Source: an uncultured archaeon (lineage in GTDB: Archaea > Asgardarchaeota > Thorarchaeia > Thorarchaeales > Thorarchaeaceae). Taken from it: a DNA stretch of 64,000 nt. Numbering within the stretch: position 1 is the stretch's first letter; each line of letters opens with the position of its first letter. The DNA lies in contig CAZLEV010000002.1 in assembly GCA_964558645.1 (NCBI GenBank), positions 176,364-240,363 on the forward strand. Reading direction: 5' to 3'. The position numbers were made by a program, and so were the translations under genes. Shown piece after piece: positions 1-8,703 of the stretch. The notes beneath the pieces were generated by a model. That model was not told the DNA's origin. It worked only from the letters and a program-made list of their open reading frames with translations, and did no database searches.

Positions 1-307
1 AGCTCCCGTTGAGTGCCAGATAGAGTGCCTGCAGCCGCTGTTGACCGTCCAACACTAGTTTCAGGTGTTTCTTGCGGGGATTATCCTCGAATATATGAGG
101 GATATCAGGTTGATAGTCCTTCAGAAACTTCCTGTGGTCGATGTCTTTGAAAGTGTCCCACAGCAGGACGATACCTATAGGGTACCCACGCATCAGGGAA
201 TCAAACAACTTGGTAATCTTGTCTTCATCCCAAACGAAGTCTCTTTGAATTGCAGGTAGTACAATACTTCCGCGTTCAATCTCACCCAGCAACTGCATTA
301 TGGTCAT
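1..307 (-). CDS. DUF262 (GmrSD-type N-terminal, ParB/Srx-like) domain protein; 5' part only, gene runs off the left edge
   Basis: Absent from the ORF track because it has no stop inside the window. My minus-strand translation from the ATG at 305-307 gives MTIMQLLGEIERGSIVLPAIQRDFVWDEDKITKLFDSLMRGYPIGIVLLWD...KLVLDGQQRLQALYLALNGS. The QRDFVW and DGQQR motifs are the DUF262 signatures. Confidence 0.7.
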   Translation of the reverse strand, partial: MTIMQLLGEIERGSIVLPAIQRDFVWDEDKITKLFDSLMRGYPIGIVLLWDTFKDIDHRKFLKDYQPDIPHIFEDNPRKKHLKLVLDGQQRLQALYLALNGS

Positions 308-845
308 TCGCGACCCTCCTATATCACAATCCGGAACTGTACACAGGGTATACTGCTGTCCCATATAAATGGAGATGGTTCTCGACAGTTCTAATCGCAG
401 ATAGTGCCGCCCCGGGACATCTTCCATACCAACAAGCAGAACAGATGTCGGTTTCTGTCAGAGGGGACCTTATGGCTTTCCTCTCTCCTCTTTCTACAGA
501 TCTCTTGTCACAAAAGTGATTCGAATGATTTTCAGCGAATCTTCTATACAGTGGAACGAGGCATAGTTTCTCGTTTAACCGGAGATGGTCCACGGAAGCG
601 CATGCCCGAAATCACATAGGTGGTGGGAGTGGATGGGTAGGAAGGGACGCAGTCCCGATGGCCATAGGTCGGACTCAAAGAACTCAAACAACCCGGCGTA
701 TCAGGAAGCAGTGGACAACAGGGCAAACCAGCTGAACCCGGAGCAGAAAGCATGTCGTTCGTCACGGAAATCGGAAGCGGACGACTCGGATGACGAGTGA
801 TTGGTTTGTGTCACAGGATGAATCGACTACACGTCAGATCCTGGA

Positions 846-868
846 GGGGGCATCATGGCCCCCTTTTT
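846..868 (+). terminator. GC hairpin plus T-tract (gggggc-atcatg-gccccc-ttttt)
   Basis: A 6-bp G/C stem with a 6-nt loop is followed by TTTTT. The paralogous position in the second repeat copy (about 5597-5610) also forms a hairpin (gggtc-ctct-gaccc). It is unclear which transcript it would terminate. Confidence 0.3.
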
Positions 869-1014
869 CCCCTTCTTAATGACCTATATCGAGCAATCCG
901 ACCTTCAGGGATATCAACGACTAAGAAGGGGAACTGGGTCACACGCCTCCCACCTCTTCCATACCAGAGTTCCCGCAAGGGCAAGAACTCATTAGCAAAG
1001 GCGAGCAATGTGTT

Positions 1015-1029
1015 GTGACGCATAGTCAC
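1015..1029. promoter_or_regulatory. Conserved palindrome GTGAC-gcata-GTCAC, 32 nt upstream of the ATG at 1061
   Basis: Perfect 5-bp inverted arms. The same 15-mer recurs at 5769..5783, 31 nt upstream of the paralogous ATG. It lies just upstream of an A/T-rich patch (gaatgtaac / ggatataac). Confidence 0.4.
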
Positions 1030-1060
1030 GTCGAGAATGTAACGACGGAGGTTCAACAGC

Positions 1061-1375
1061 ATGGCGATAATCGTGGGTTATTTCCCACTCCTCACCTACA
1101 TCATCTTGATTTTGACGGTCATATATCTCGTCTACAGGAAAAACTGGATAGAGGATGAAGGCAGTTTTCGAATGAAAGCACTCACCGTTCTTGGCATCAT
1201 CATCGCGTGTTCACTCCTGAACACGATACTATTGACAGCCCCAATTCTCGATGGAACGGGGTTTGCCAGCAGCCTACCTGAACTCGTGATGTGGATATGG
1301 CCTGATCTCCTAGTACTTGTGGTCTTGGGTGCGGACATCATCAGGACCGGCGGTTTCCGTATTTTAAGAGAGTAA
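1061..1375 (+). CDS. Small integral membrane protein (104 aa), paralog A
   Basis: Three hydrophobic segments. Paralogous to 5814..6125: MAIIV.YFPLLTYIILIL.VIYL.YRK.WIE...LTAPILDG...ELVMWIWPDLL. Confidence 0.6.
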   Translation: MAIIVGYFPLLTYIILILTVIYLVYRKNWIEDEGSFRMKALTVLGIIIACSLLNTILLTAPILDGTGFASSLPELVMWIWPDLLVLVVLGADIIRTGGFRILRE

Positions 1376-1760
1376 TGGCTCTACAACCGGGACGAGCTTG
1401 GTTATCAATGAGTGTCAGTTCCAAAGAATGGCACGCAAAAGAGATCGGATTTGAGTGCCTGCCTTTACCACCCTGAGGTGCCGGTTTCTTTCCCTCGATG
1501 AATCCTACAAGCATGAGCCAGTGAACAACCCTGCATCCCTCAACTCCGGGGTGTACCCATCATCTCTACCTAACTACCACTTCGAAAACTGTAGACTGAT
1601 TAGTGATCTTCATCTCTCAGTCTGAATCTGTGGTTATGAGATGGCATCTGAACCGAGATATTGGGAATCACGGAAAGGCCGAGTAGTTCAGACCTCTCCG
1701 TATGACTCCCACACTCGGGAATTCGGCCTCTGAAGCGTCACGTACTGCACACTGACAAGA

Positions 1761-3215
1761 TCAACTGCCAGTCACGCCTTTGGCGATGCGGTCGCCGATT
1801 CCTTTGTCTATGTTGCGCCAGTACTCCAATGCTCGTTCAAGCACCGGCTCTGTTACGCCATTCTTGAGATGTCCAACGACGTTGGATACCAGACGGTCAC
1901 GCTGTGCATCGTTCATGACCTTGCGTATCAACGTTCCGGCCTGCCCCCAGTCATCATCATCTTTTCGCAAGGTATATGCAGCACGGACGAACTCTCCGCT
2001 GGCCTTCCATATCTCAACCTGGGGATAGCGCTCTCCGTCAGCCTTCGGACCTCCCTTCGAGTTTGGTGCGTACACGGGGTCGGAAACGTTGTCGATTCGC
2101 ATCGCCCCGTCCTTACTGTAGCTATGCACAGGAGACTTTGGTCGGTTGACCGGAATCTGGTGGTAGTTGACACCCAAGCGGGCGCGGTGGGCGTCAGCAT
2201 ATGAGAAGAGGCGAGCGAGTAACATCTTGTCTGGGCTGGGGCCGATACCCGGCACGAGGTTGTTTGGTTGGAACGCCGCTTGCTCAATCTCGGTGTGGAA
2301 ATCGGTCGGGTTGCGATTCAGTGTGAGTCGGCCAACCTCATGCAACGGGTAGTCACCGTGCGGCCAGACCTTGGTCAGGTCGAAGGGGTTGAACCGGTAG
2401 GTCTCGGCTTCTTTGAAGGGCATAATCTGTACCTTCAGCGTCCAGCTGGGGTAATCACCTCGCTTGATTGCATCAAACAGGTCTCGCCGGTGGTAGTCTG
2501 CATCCTCGCCAGCGATTCTGTCAGCCTCTTCCTGGGTGAGGATCTCGATGCCCTGGTCTGTCTTGAAGTGATATTTCACCCAGAACCGATCACCTTCTGC
2601 GTTGACCCACATGTAGGTGTGACTTGAATAGCCGTTCATGTGCCGCCAAGTCTTGGGAACCCCGCGATCACTGAACAGTATCGTGACTTGGTGCGCTGAC
2701 TCGGGCGACAGGGTCCAGAAGTCCCATTGCATGTCATTGTCACGCAACCCGCTGTCCGCCCGGCGCTTCTGGGAGCGGATGAAGTGCTGGAACTTCATAG
2801 GATCTCGGAGGAAGAATACAGGTGTGTTGTTGCCCACCATGTCATAATTGCCTTCGGTGGTATAGAACCTCAATGCGAAACCGCGCACATCTCGCCAAGT
2901 ATCGGGGCTGCCGCGCTCACCGGCCACAGTGGAGAAGCGAATGAGGGTATCGGTCTTTGTGTCCGGTTGAAACACCGCTGCCTTGGTATAAGCGCTGACG
3001 TCTTTAGTCACCTCGAATTGACCAAAGGCGCCTGAACCCTTTGCGTGGGGCTGACGCTCAGGGATTCGCTCCCGATTGAAGTTTGCCATCTGCTCGATGA
3101 GGTAAGCGTCCTGCAACAGGATTGGGCCATCAGGTCCAACAGTGAGGGAAAACTCGTCGCTGGCAACAGGAATCCCAGCATCAGTCGTTGTGGGTTTGCG
3201 TTCTTCTTTCTTCAT
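1761..3215 (-). CDS. katA: Monofunctional heme catalase (small-subunit type, 484 aa)
   Basis: Full-length match to the catalase family: [64 protein letters not shown], and the proximal Tyr region [15 protein letters not shown]. Confidence 0.95.
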   Translation of the reverse strand: MKKEERKPTTTDAGIPVASDEFSLTVGPDGPILLQDAYLIEQMANFNRERIPERQPHAKGSGAFGQFEVTKDVSAYTKAAVFQPDTKTDTLIRFSTVAGERGSPDTWRDVRGFALRFYTTEGNYDMVGNNTPVFFLRDPMKFQHFIRSQKRRADSGLRDNDMQWDFWTLSPESAHQVTILFSDRGVPKTWRHMNGYSSHTYMWVNAEGDRFWVKYHFKTDQGIEILTQEEADRIAGEDADYHRRDLFDAIKRGDYPSWTLKVQIMPFKEAETYRFNPFDLTKVWPHGDYPLHEVGRLTLNRNPTDFHTEIEQAAFQPNNLVPGIGPSPDKMLLARLFSYADAHRARLGVNYHQIPVNRPKSPVHSYSKDGAMRIDNVSDPVYAPNSKGGPKADGERYPQVEIWKASGEFVRAAYTLRKDDDDWGQAGTLIRKVMNDAQRDRLVSNVVGHLKNGVTEPVLERALEYWRNIDKGIGDRIAKGVTGS

Positions 3216-3248
3216 GACTATATCACCATTATAGTTTAGTTCGTAGAC

Positions 3249-3279
3249 AAGCCCATCATTCTATATGCTTGATGGGCTT
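3249..3279. promoter_or_regulatory. 10-bp perfect inverted repeat (aagcccatca-N11-tgatgggctt) 34-64 nt upstream of the catalase start
   Basis: Seen directly in the sequence. The spacer contains ctatat (TATA-like on either strand), so a bound dimeric regulator would overlap the catalase promoter. Confidence 0.35.
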
Positions 3280-3406
3280 AAGGTATGAGTGAACCACAAA
3301 CATGAGGGTCATTGACCTTAAAAAGTCCTCCACCACAATGTTCGTTTCGTCTGATTCTGCCTTCAACATTCTGATCGTAAATTGAGAGGGGTCGTTCCTC
3401 TCTCCG

Positions 3407-3952
3407 TCACTTCTTTTGCACAATTAGCATCCTATAGAGTGAGTTGTTCTTTGGAAATCGCACATACGCATCCTGAAGGTGATTCCAATCTCCCTGTGCC
3501 TCGTCGAATATGGACGCGAGGACAGACTCAGCGGTCTTTGACTTGTTTATCAAGATGCAGAGAACTGCGCCAACTCTCATTTCCCTCATAATACGCTGGA
3601 CCAATGCAACCTCTTTCTCCCTATCCCGCTTGTAGAAATGAAGCATTGAATCAAGCAGGATGAGGTCGAAGCTTGGGTCAATAGGAAAATCGTAGATATC
3701 AGCAATGATGCCCTTCACTTCGAGATCATGCTTCGTGGCTTCTCGCATCATCTGGTCAATACCGACCTTTGAAATATCAACTCCCGTGACCTCATATCCA
3801 AGATGAGCCAGAGCAAGGGCATCTCGTCCCTGTCCACATCCTAGGTCCAGTACACTCCCTCTATCAGGATGCTCAGAGAAGTACTCTACTAGTTCAGAAA
3901 CAGGTTCACCGAAGTGGTGTTCCTCCTCGTAGTACTTGTCATATCTCACCAA
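3407..3952 (-). CDS. Class I SAM-dependent methyltransferase (181 aa)
   Basis: Motif I VLDLGCGQGRDALALAHLGYEVTGVDIS plus a post-I acidic residue, in a TehB-like small methyltransferase layout. The start is TTG at 3952 or GTG at 3949. Confidence 0.8.
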   Translation of the reverse strand: MVRYDKYYEEEHHFGEPVSELVEYFSEHPDRGSVLDLGCGQGRDALALAHLGYEVTGVDISKVGIDQMMREATKHDLEVKGIIADIYDFPIDPSFDLILLDSMLHFYKRDREKEVALVQRIMREMRVGAVLCILINKSKTAESVLASIFDEAQGDWNHLQDAYVRFPKNNSLYRMLIVQKK

Positions 3953-4262
3953 TGTGATTCATTTTGAAGAAGCAACCCCGATTCATAAGCGTCATGGAAC
4001 GGGAGGCCTTCGGACCTGAGTACATGCCGCATCGCGAAGACAAGAAGATGTAGGAGTTGCTCTCCAACCTGGGAGTATAGCCCTTCCTTCGTCATTTCAC
4101 CCATTTGCCGTCCCCATAGATCATCTTACCGCACCGGGGTTATGTCTTCAAGGCACAAGTCGAGTGACTTGGCTATCGGCTGGATGATTCCGGTCAGGAT
4201 GCTCTTTTATGCGCACACATCCTAGCCAGACTAGGATATCATTACGTACCAGGTGAAGGACC

Positions 4263-4802
4263 ATGATTGAAGACCTAGAACTACTACTTGTGATTGCTGA
4301 GATCACCGGGGTCTTTGTGGGCTTTGGTGCCCTCATTGGCCTGAGCCGCCCTAGAGACGTGGATGCTTCGCAAGTAGTCCACGTTCGTGGCGTGGTCTCC
4401 ATCGGGCTCACGGTCTTTGTTGTCGCACTCCTTCCCGTTCTCCTGAACCGGTATGGGGTTGAGGGACATGCCCTCTGGTTCGTCTGTAGCCTCATCTATC
4501 TGGTGCTGAATTGGGGCAGTCTGATCCAGGGGTTCCGAGAGCCTGAGAGCCGAGCCGTGGCAACAACCCAGGCCCGAGCCCGCCCATTTCGTACCCTGTT
4601 CTTCTGGCTCTTGCTTGAGGTGCTTGTGCAGGGTCCGCTGTACCTCATTCTGTTGGGCCTGTCTCCAGACTTGGGGTCTGCGCTCTACACCACCGCGCTG
4701 CTCTTCAACCTGTTTGAGGGCGTGTTTATGCTGGCGCAGCTCGTCTATGGCCATGTCACGCCCTCAGACACCGACCATACGCCCCACGTCATCCATAGCT
4801 AG
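4263..4802 (+). CDS. Multi-pass membrane protein, unknown function (179 aa)
   Basis: Five or six hydrophobic helices and no recognisable motif. Confidence 0.5.
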   Translation: MIEDLELLLVIAEITGVFVGFGALIGLSRPRDVDASQVVHVRGVVSIGLTVFVVALLPVLLNRYGVEGHALWFVCSLIYLVLNWGSLIQGFREPESRAVATTQARARPFRTLFFWLLLEVLVQGPLYLILLGLSPDLGSALYTTALLFNLFEGVFMLAQLVYGHVTPSDTDHTPHVIHS

Positions 4803-5063
4803 GCCATGATGAGGAGAATAAGAGGCACGTTAGTCGGAAGACTACCAACTCGCCAATTGCCCCCATCTCCCCGGTTCTGGTCATACAACAATAGGGTGAC
4901 GAGTCTACCTAGAGTGCTCTGCCCTAGGTCTCATTCAGCCATGCTCCAAGTTTCCTATTTCCTTGTCACTCTTCATGCTCACAGATGATGCCTCCACAGC
5001 CTGGACGCTCCTGAGCAGTAATCCATAAGAGGTGCCTACGGAGTACTCTACAGCGAGAGTAGT

Positions 5064-5384
5064 ATGATGATGCAAGAAGGACAGACCATGTTTGCCTTCA
5101 ATATTCCGTCCATCCTGGCACTGGGATTCATCCTTGCTGTGGTCCTCATGGTGTTAGGCTATCGCGAGAGTCAGACTCCAAGTCGTGCCAATCTGCTCTT
5201 CAGAGCCGGCCTCACGTTTCTTGGTGTGATGATTGCACTCACACCGATGGTATGGTATGTGTACCTGGAGCTCTATCTGACTGGTTTCGTCATGTCATTG
5301 TCTGATATGGCCATCTTTGGATTGGGTATGTTTTCTGGAGGCACAGTCACAGGCGTCGGTGCCACATTCAGGTTGCGGAAGTGA
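5064..5384 (+). CDS. Small membrane protein, unknown function (106 aa)
   Basis: Three hydrophobic segments. Confidence 0.45.
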   Translation: MMMQEGQTMFAFNIPSILALGFILAVVLMVLGYRESQTPSRANLLFRAGLTFLGVMIALTPMVWYVYLELYLTGFVMSLSDMAIFGLGMFSGGTVTGVGATFRLRK

Positions 5385-5768
5385 GGCTTGGCCTAGACTG
5401 ATTCAAGACTTCCTCCGGACTGGAGCAGGCTCCGATACGAGGGTAGTTACAGGCCACCATAGAACAGTGTCTATGGTAGGCGCTGTTAGTGGGTGAACTT
5501 CAGGGGGTTTCAGCGCGCAAACAGAGAAGAGAGCTACAGTCCTGAATACGTCACATTGGGCCGAGAGAAACGGACGTAGCTTCTGTCCAGAAAGCCGGGT
5601 CCTCTGACCCCCTCGTCGTCTTATTCCACTTTACCGCCGGCATCAAGCAATCCAGCCTTCAGGAAGACCAACGCCCAAGAAAGCGACCGGGTTCACAGGC
5701 CTTCTACCTCTTTCGCACCAGAGTTACTACGAGGGCAAGAACTCATTAGCAGAAGTGGGCAATGCATT

Positions 5769-5783
5769 GTGACGCATAGTCAC
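5769..5783. promoter_or_regulatory. Second copy of the palindrome GTGAC-gcata-GTCAC (arms extend to TGTGAC/GTCACA here)
   Basis: Identical 15-mer to 1015..1029, 31 nt upstream of the ATG at 5814. Confidence 0.4.
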
Positions 5784-5813
5784 ATGAGGATATAACGGCA
5801 GGGGTTCATCAGC

Positions 5814-6125
5814 ATGGCAATAATCGTGAGTTACTTCCCGCTCCTCACTTACATCATCCTTATTCTGGGTGTCATATATCTCCTCTACAGGAAACACTGG
5901 ATAGAACAAGGTAGTTTTCGGAGGAAAGCACTCACCGTTCTTGGCATCAGCATCTCGTGTTCACTCCTGAACCTCATATTACTGACAGCCCCAATTCTCG
6001 ATGGAGATGCGTTTGTCAACAGCCTATCAGAGCTCGTGATGTGGATATGGCCTGACCTCCTCATGCTTGCGGTCTTGAGTACTGATATCATCAGGACACC
6101 TGGTGTCCGTGTTCCACGAGAGTGA
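5814..6125 (+). CDS. Small integral membrane protein (103 aa), paralog B
   Basis: Paralog of 1061..1375. Confidence 0.6.
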   Translation: MAIIVSYFPLLTYIILILGVIYLLYRKHWIEQGSFRRKALTVLGISISCSLLNLILLTAPILDGDAFVNSLSELVMWIWPDLLMLAVLSTDIIRTPGVRVPRE

Positions 6126-6238
6126 TAGCTCTTCCACCAGGGCGAGTTTGGTCTTCAATCATCATCGGTTCTTAAGAATGCCACACGAGGTGTCTGACCC
6201 GTGTCGCCTATCCAGATGGGTCTTCTTAGGTCGTCCAG

Positions 6239-7387
6239 CTACAGTGCTCTCTCGATGTCTTCGATTAGATCGTCGATATCCTCGATGCCTACCGAGACCC
6301 GTACAAGATTGTCCTTGATACCAACCTGTTCCCTTGTTTCTCTGGGAATGCTTGCATGGGTCATAGTAGCAGGATGTTCTATCAGTGATTCAACTCCGCC
6401 CAGGCTCTCTGCAAGCAGAAAGACTCGGAGTTTCTTCATGAACTCTCTCACTGCCTGGATATCGCCTTTCAACTCGAAGGAAAGCATTCCCCCAAAGCCT
6501 CTCATCTGTTTCTGAGCAAGTTCATGCTGGGGATGACTTGGAAGACCCGGATAATAGACTTGATCCACTCTATCGTTGTCTTGGAGGTATGTGGCAATCC
6601 TGAGGGCATTGTCTGCGTGTTTCTCCATCCTCAGAGGTAGTGTCTTTATTCCTCGAAGGACCAAGAAGCAGTCGAATGGAGAGGGCACGGCTCCCACAGC
6701 GTTCTGGTTGAACCTGACCTTCTCATGTAGATCATCATCGGACAGCACGACTGCTCCTCCAACTACGTCGCTGTGTCCACCGAGGTACTTCGTGGTACTA
6801 TAGACAACAACATCAGCTCCAAGAGACAGGGGGGACTGGAAATACGGGCTCATGAAGGTGTTGTCCACTGCGGTGATGACTCCCTCTTCTCGTGAGATAT
6901 CTGCAATCTCTCGTATGTCACACATACGCATCAGTGGATTAGTAGGTGTTTCCAACCAGACTAGTTTGGTCTTGTCGGTTATTGCTTGGTGCACATTCTC
7001 AGAGTCTCGTGCATCGACATAGGTAAACTCCACTCCAAACTTGGCCAGAACACTGTCAAACAACCGGCGTGTTCCGCCGTATAGGTCATCAAATGCGACA
7101 ACATGGTCCCCCGCGCTGCAGACTGAGAGGAGCAGGGTGGTCTCCGCTGCCATCCCAGAGGCAAAGGTCACGCTATGCCGAGCATCGTCAAGAGATGCAA
7201 GCCGCGTTTCCAGAGCGTCTCGGGTAGCATTCCCGGTTCGAGAGTACTCATAACCCCCGGTGGGTCTATCCAGTTCCCTTCTGGCAAACGTAGATGCCAG
7301 ATGAATTGGCGTCACAACATCTCCATATCCCCTCTGATTCAGCCTCGGCTCTTCTCCGATGTGAATCGCTTTGGTCGCTATCTTCAT
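6239..7387 (-). CDS. Cystathionine gamma-lyase/gamma-synthase family PLP enzyme (Cys/Met metabolism)
   Basis: MKIATKAIHIGEEP..., YSRTGNATRDALE, and the PLP-lysine region VVYSTTKYLGGHSDVVGG. I prefer the ATG at 7385-7387 because it forms an ATGA overlap with the upstream gene's stop; the ORF track extends to 7438. Confidence 0.9.
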   Translation of the reverse strand: MKIATKAIHIGEEPRLNQRGYGDVVTPIHLASTFARRELDRPTGGYEYSRTGNATRDALETRLASLDDARHSVTFASGMAAETTLLLSVCSAGDHVVAFDDLYGGTRRLFDSVLAKFGVEFTYVDARDSENVHQAITDKTKLVWLETPTNPLMRMCDIREIADISREEGVITAVDNTFMSPYFQSPLSLGADVVVYSTTKYLGGHSDVVGGAVVLSDDDLHEKVRFNQNAVGAVPSPFDCFLVLRGIKTLPLRMEKHADNALRIATYLQDNDRVDQVYYPGLPSHPQHELAQKQMRGFGGMLSFELKGDIQAVREFMKKLRVFLLAESLGGVESLIEHPATMTHASIPRETREQVGIKDNLVRVSVGIEDIDDLIEDIERAL

Positions 7388-8379
7388 ACCGCACATTCCT
7401 CCTCTGTTCCCTCTAGGAGTCCCTGTTCTCTCATCCACTCATCCGAGAAGATCTTGCTGAGATAGTTCCTGCTGGTATCAGGTAGTAAGACCACAAGGAA
7501 TTGGTTCTCTTCCATTCCTTTGGCGACCTGTAGGGCTGCATGCATAGCTGCTCCTGACGACCCTCCTGCCAGGATGCCCTCTTCTCGCACAAGCCTTCTG
7601 GCTGTCAGCAACGCATCCTTGTCACTGACTGTCACAATCTCATCAATGGTCTCCATGTCGAGGGTGTCCGGCATGAAGTCCTCTCCAATCCCCTCTGTCA
7701 GATATGTGTGTGTATCTCCCTTGGTATTGTAGAACTCGTGGTGGTACATTGAACCTTCGGGATCCACTCCTATCACTCTGATCTCAGGATTGTTCTCCTT
7801 CAGGTATCTTCCAGTCCCAGTGATGGTACCCCCCGTACCGATTCCTGCCACGAAGACATCGACCTTTCCATCAGTCTGTCTCCAGATCTCGGGCCCTGTT
7901 GTCTTGTAATGGACAGCCGGATTTGCCATATTGTAGTACTGGTTCATCATGAATGTACGTGGATTCTCCTCAGCTATTCGTTCGGCGACCCTCACATAGC
8001 TCTCGGGATCATCTGGTTCAACATCAGTTGGAGTAACGATCACCTTTGCGCATAGCGATCGTAGGAGCGCGATCTTCTCTTGACTCATCTTATCCGGAAT
8101 GGTTACTATCATCTTGTAGCCCTTCACAACGGCCGCTAATGCCAAGCCAATGCCTGTGTTCCCAGAAGTGGGTTCTACCAGTGTGTCTCCTGGCTTGATC
8201 TTTCCCCTCTTCTCAGCCTCATCGATCATCGCAATGCCGATCCGGTCTTTCACACTACCTCCCGGATTGAAGAACTCGGCCTTCGCGAGAATTGTGGGTC
8301 TTAGGCCCTTGCTCATCCTCTGAATCTTGACCAGAGGAGTGTTTCCAATCGTATCCAAGACGGTTTCATGCACATCCAT
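7384..8379 (-). CDS. Cysteine synthase / cystathionine beta-synthase-like PLP enzyme (fold type II, no CBS-domain pair)
   Basis: TIGNTPLVKI, FFNPGGSVKDRIG, EPTSGNTGIGLA and GIGTGGTITG. The likely start is the ATG at 8377-8379 (MDVHETVLD), preceded by gaaggtgag. The ORF-track extension to 8523 is not credible. Confidence 0.9.
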   Translation of the reverse strand: MDVHETVLDTIGNTPLVKIQRMSKGLRPTILAKAEFFNPGGSVKDRIGIAMIDEAEKRGKIKPGDTLVEPTSGNTGIGLALAAVVKGYKMIVTIPDKMSQEKIALLRSLCAKVIVTPTDVEPDDPESYVRVAERIAEENPRTFMMNQYYNMANPAVHYKTTGPEIWRQTDGKVDVFVAGIGTGGTITGTGRYLKENNPEIRVIGVDPEGSMYHHEFYNTKGDTHTYLTEGIGEDFMPDTLDMETIDEIVTVSDKDALLTARRLVREEGILAGGSSGAAMHAALQVAKGMEENQFLVVLLPDTSRNYLSKIFSDEWMREQGLLEGTEEECAV

Positions 8380-8703
8380 GTTCTTCTCACCTTCATGATG
8401 ACTAAACACTACGCCCCGCAGGGATGACGCACAGAGAGTCACCACGCCAACATAACCATAGTTAATACCATGATATGTATTTCGATTTCTACATCTCCAA
8501 TTGAATACGACCAGTGATGGCAACAGATTATTATGGCATTTAGAAACCTACACCAAAGGTTCAACACCCATCTAAGGGATGTCCAACTCTGTCCTGATTT
8601 TAAGAAACTGCTGAATACCCTGAGAACTTCCAGTACCGCTGGGAGAGTCAGGTTCAGGTTCGGTAGCGACCAGAAGGAGTCTCACCTCTCTATCCATATC
8701 ATT

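Larger units (their letters stand above)
858..1445 (+). repeat. Direct repeat copy 1 (~585 bp), includes the small membrane-protein gene 1061..1375 and its upstream region
   Basis: Aligns by eye along its whole length with 5606..6190. The noncoding stretch gggcaagaactcattagca..gcaatg..ttgtgacgcatagtcac is nearly identical in the two copies. The coding part matches at roughly four fifths of positions. Confidence 0.85.
5606..6190 (+). repeat. Direct repeat copy 2 (~585 bp)
   Basis: Aligns with 858..1445 (see copy 1). Confidence 0.85.

Noticed and set aside
600-800. RNase P RNA or SRP RNA gene
   Set aside because: Only short motif-like strings are present. The universally conserved GGAAAGUCC/P4 pairing of RNase P and the helix-8 GNAR-loop geometry of SRP RNA could not be found on either strand. 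It is kept only as a low-interest ncRNA candidate.
1780-3239. Several 60-120-aa ORFs on the plus strand, and an out-of-frame minus-strand ORF, inside the catalase gene
   Set aside because: They are shadow ORFs of a gene with an unambiguous full-length catalase translation. They have no motifs and an odd composition.
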